Positions 62,334 to 64,000 of a stretch of 64,000 nt of DNA are shown here, one piece after another; within the stretch, counting starts at the first letter, position 1, and every line of letters begins with the position of its first letter. The stretch lies in the NCBI GenBank assembly GCA_043803105.1, contig JAZDKJ010000006.1:468671-532670 (forward strand). The letters run 5' to 3'. The DNA comes from Candidatus Woesearchaeota archaeon (GTDB taxonomy: Archaea > Nanobdellota > Nanobdellia > Woesearchaeales > JAZDKJ01). The position numbers were made by a program, and so were the translations under genes. The notes under the pieces are model-generated. The model worked only from the letters and a program-made list of their open reading frames with translations, made no database searches and was not told the DNA's origin.

Positions 62334-64000
62334 TCAATCTAAACCTGTGTTTGCAACTTGGGGTGTCTTAGTCCATTGTCTTGGCGAGTACATATAGCTC
62401 ATTTCTTGCGCTATTGACGCAAGGTTCTGCTGGTGTTGTATCAGAAGTTCTTCTACAGCAGGTCTGCAATTGGCGAGGTCTGGCAATAAATCTATTGCAC
62501 GGGAAAGACTGCGCCTGTATTCGTCGAATTCAAATTTGCCCATATGGTTTCTAAAGTATGAATCGTGTTGATTCTCCTTCCAAAACCTGGCGAATTCGAC
62601 TAGCTTAGTTTGGATATTTTCCACCCACATCACTTCGTTAAAAAGATTTGAAATTTTTTCTTTGAGTCTTCCAGGTACAGGTATACCTGTGTTGCTGGCT
62701 AGTAAAAGTACTTTCTCCCCAAATCTGACCCTTCTCTTCACTTCCTTCATTGTGGTATGGTAGTCATCATCAAACTTAAGGTTCCTTAACATTTCCTGTG
62801 CCATCTGGTTAAGTTCAGGTTGCGAGGCGTATGCTTCCTTGACCTTTTCTGGAAAAACCATAGCTGCCTGATGAACTTTCTCGGATAGTTCTGTGATTGT
62901 TTTGTCAACAACTTTGCGAGTGCTTTCGCTCAGCACATCTACTGCGCGTCTGTACTCACTTTCAAAATATGTTAACGAACCTGCCCACTCCATTAAGTAA
63001 TGTGTAGAAACCAGTTCAAAGTATTGTTCAAGCTCAATGCCTGGTTGAACTAGCTGGTCACATCTATTCTCAATAGGTTTACTCTCCGCACTTAGCATTC
63101 TTAGAACGTTTTGCTCAAGTGTGGCCTTTGCCTCGTTTACTTTGGCGTCAATTTTTGCCCTCTGTTGTTGCCGAAGGTTTAAAATATCGTTTTCCCCATA
63201 AAGTTCAGAACCAGGAACCTTCGAACTAATCGTAACATAACTTCCTGTTGTTTTAATGCCAGCCAGATCCTCTAGCAATCTAAATATTCTCGATATCTCA
63301 TAAGTATAGAATTGGATCCTCTCTTGATTGCTTAATCTTGGCCAGATTGCCTTGTTTGCGCCCAAGATGCCAGTTATATTAGTCTGCAGCACCCGGTAGT
63401 TCTCGTCGCTATTACGGATGTTGGTAATATGGTCAGGCAATCTGTTTAGATAACCCAGCCGAATCTTCTGTGATTCTTCAAGATTCTTATTCACAATAAG
63501 CATGTCTGCTATCGTTTGCTGCTTCGATATAATTTGATTTGCGCCTCGGTAATCTTTCTTAAGCACAAGCTGCCTGAGCTCTTCCATCTTATCATCAAAT
63601 CCTTTAAAATACATCTTTACAAGCAGGTCTGACACATTGCTTATCTTCTCCACGTACTTTTGATGCCTGGCCTCTATGAGACCTTGCATTTGATCCAGGT
63701 CTTTTAATAGCAACTTTGCGAATTTTGTCTTTCCCTCTGAAAAGTCGAGTTCTTCTTCCAAGGATGCTCTCGCACCCGCCGCCTTACTTTTTGCTTGTTT
63801 AAGGTTTGTTTCTTTCAACTGTACCTGTTCCGGCATCTGCAAGTTCTTCTCAAAATCCGCGTACAAGGTTGCAAGCCCTTTCTCAGCAAGAGCGACCACC
63901 TCATGGTATTCTAACAGGCATCCAAGAATTGCCTGAAGTGAGATATCATCGGAAAATTGGTCAGATGCATTCTTTCTTATTACTGGAAACTTAAAATCTG
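62334..64000 (-). CDS. Hypothetical helical protein, probably 5'-partial (N-terminus outside the window)
   Basis: The track starts it at GTG 63899. The same frame remains open with no stop up to the window edge at 64000. Confidence 0.45.
   Translation of the reverse strand, partial: DFKFPVIRKNASDQFSDDISLQAILGCLLEYHEVVALAEKGLATLYADFEKNLQMPEQVQLKETNLKQAKSKAAGARASLEEELDFSEGKTKFAKLLLKDLDQMQGLIEARHQKYVEKISNVSDLLVKMYFKGFDDKMEELRQLVLKKDYRGANQIISKQQTIADMLIVNKNLEESQKIRLGYLNRLPDHITNIRNSDENYRVLQTNITGILGANKAIWPRLSNQERIQFYTYEISRIFRLLEDLAGIKTTGSYVTISSKVPGSELYGENDILNLRQQQRAKIDAKVNEAKATLEQNVLRMLSAESKPIENRCDQLVQPGIELEQYFELVSTHYLMEWAGSLTYFESEYRRAVDVLSESTRKVVDKTITELSEKVHQAAMVFPEKVKEAYASQPELNQMAQEMLRNLKFDDDYHTTMKEVKRRVRFGEKVLLLASNTGIPVPGRLKEKISNLFNEVMWVENIQTKLVEFARFWKENQHDSYFRNHMGKFEFDEYRRSLSRAIDLLPDLANCRPAVEELLIQHQQNLASIAQEMSYMYSPRQWTKTPQVANTGLD

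Noticed and set aside
1-64000. Searched by eye for CRISPR arrays, reverse transcriptase (YxDD) / DGR template-variable repeat pairs, rRNA genes and transposase/IS ends.
   Set aside because: None seen: no regularly spaced direct repeats of 25-40 bp, no RT motif in any ORF and no rRNA-like segments. Short or degenerate instances could have been missed without software.

Overview
This 64 kb window looks archaeal. Evidence: repeated BRE/TATA-like promoter boxes (ATCTTTAAATAT-type) about 25 nt upstream of starts, intron-containing tRNAs, an AglH-type glycosyltransferase, an exosortase/archaeosortase homologue and many MNT/HEPN modules. The lineage cannot be named from sequence alone, and all family calls are motif reading by eye with no database search.

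Layout:
- (a) 1-16.6 kb: AT-rich cell-surface glycosylation/EPS cluster (GPT, four GT4 enzymes, deacetylase-like protein, GT-C-like membrane protein, Wzx flippase, exosortase/archaeosortase), followed by a ~1040 aa heavily N-sequon-decorated surface protein.
- (b) 16.7-21.1 kb: dense toxin-antitoxin island with visibly decayed modules.
- (c) 21.2-24 kb: housekeeping-like genes (malic enzyme, HicAB, NUDIX, HAD).
- (d) 24.9-33.3 kb: minus-strand block of tightly coupled unknown genes (coiled-coil proteins, LysM, stand-alone REC, PPC/DUF296), plus Fic, MNT/HEPN and a CheD-like gene.
- (e) 33.5-38.5 kb: copper-resistance cluster (membrane-anchored wHTH, CopZ, HMA-permease-cupredoxin fusion, CopA).
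- (f) 41.3-52.7 kb: ~11.3 kb integrated element (two tyrosine recombinases, prim-pol/helicase, GIY-YIG, iteron-like repeats). It is bounded by a 12 bp direct repeat that is the 3' end of a tRNA-Leu(UAA) gene.
- (g) 53-64 kb: mostly unknown genes, including a RelA/SpoT-type HD protein, an atypical tRNA-Thr and a divergent P-loop GTPase-like protein.

The most unusual observations are the apparently three-intron tRNA-Leu, the integrated element, the LysM/REC/PPC operon and the TA graveyard.
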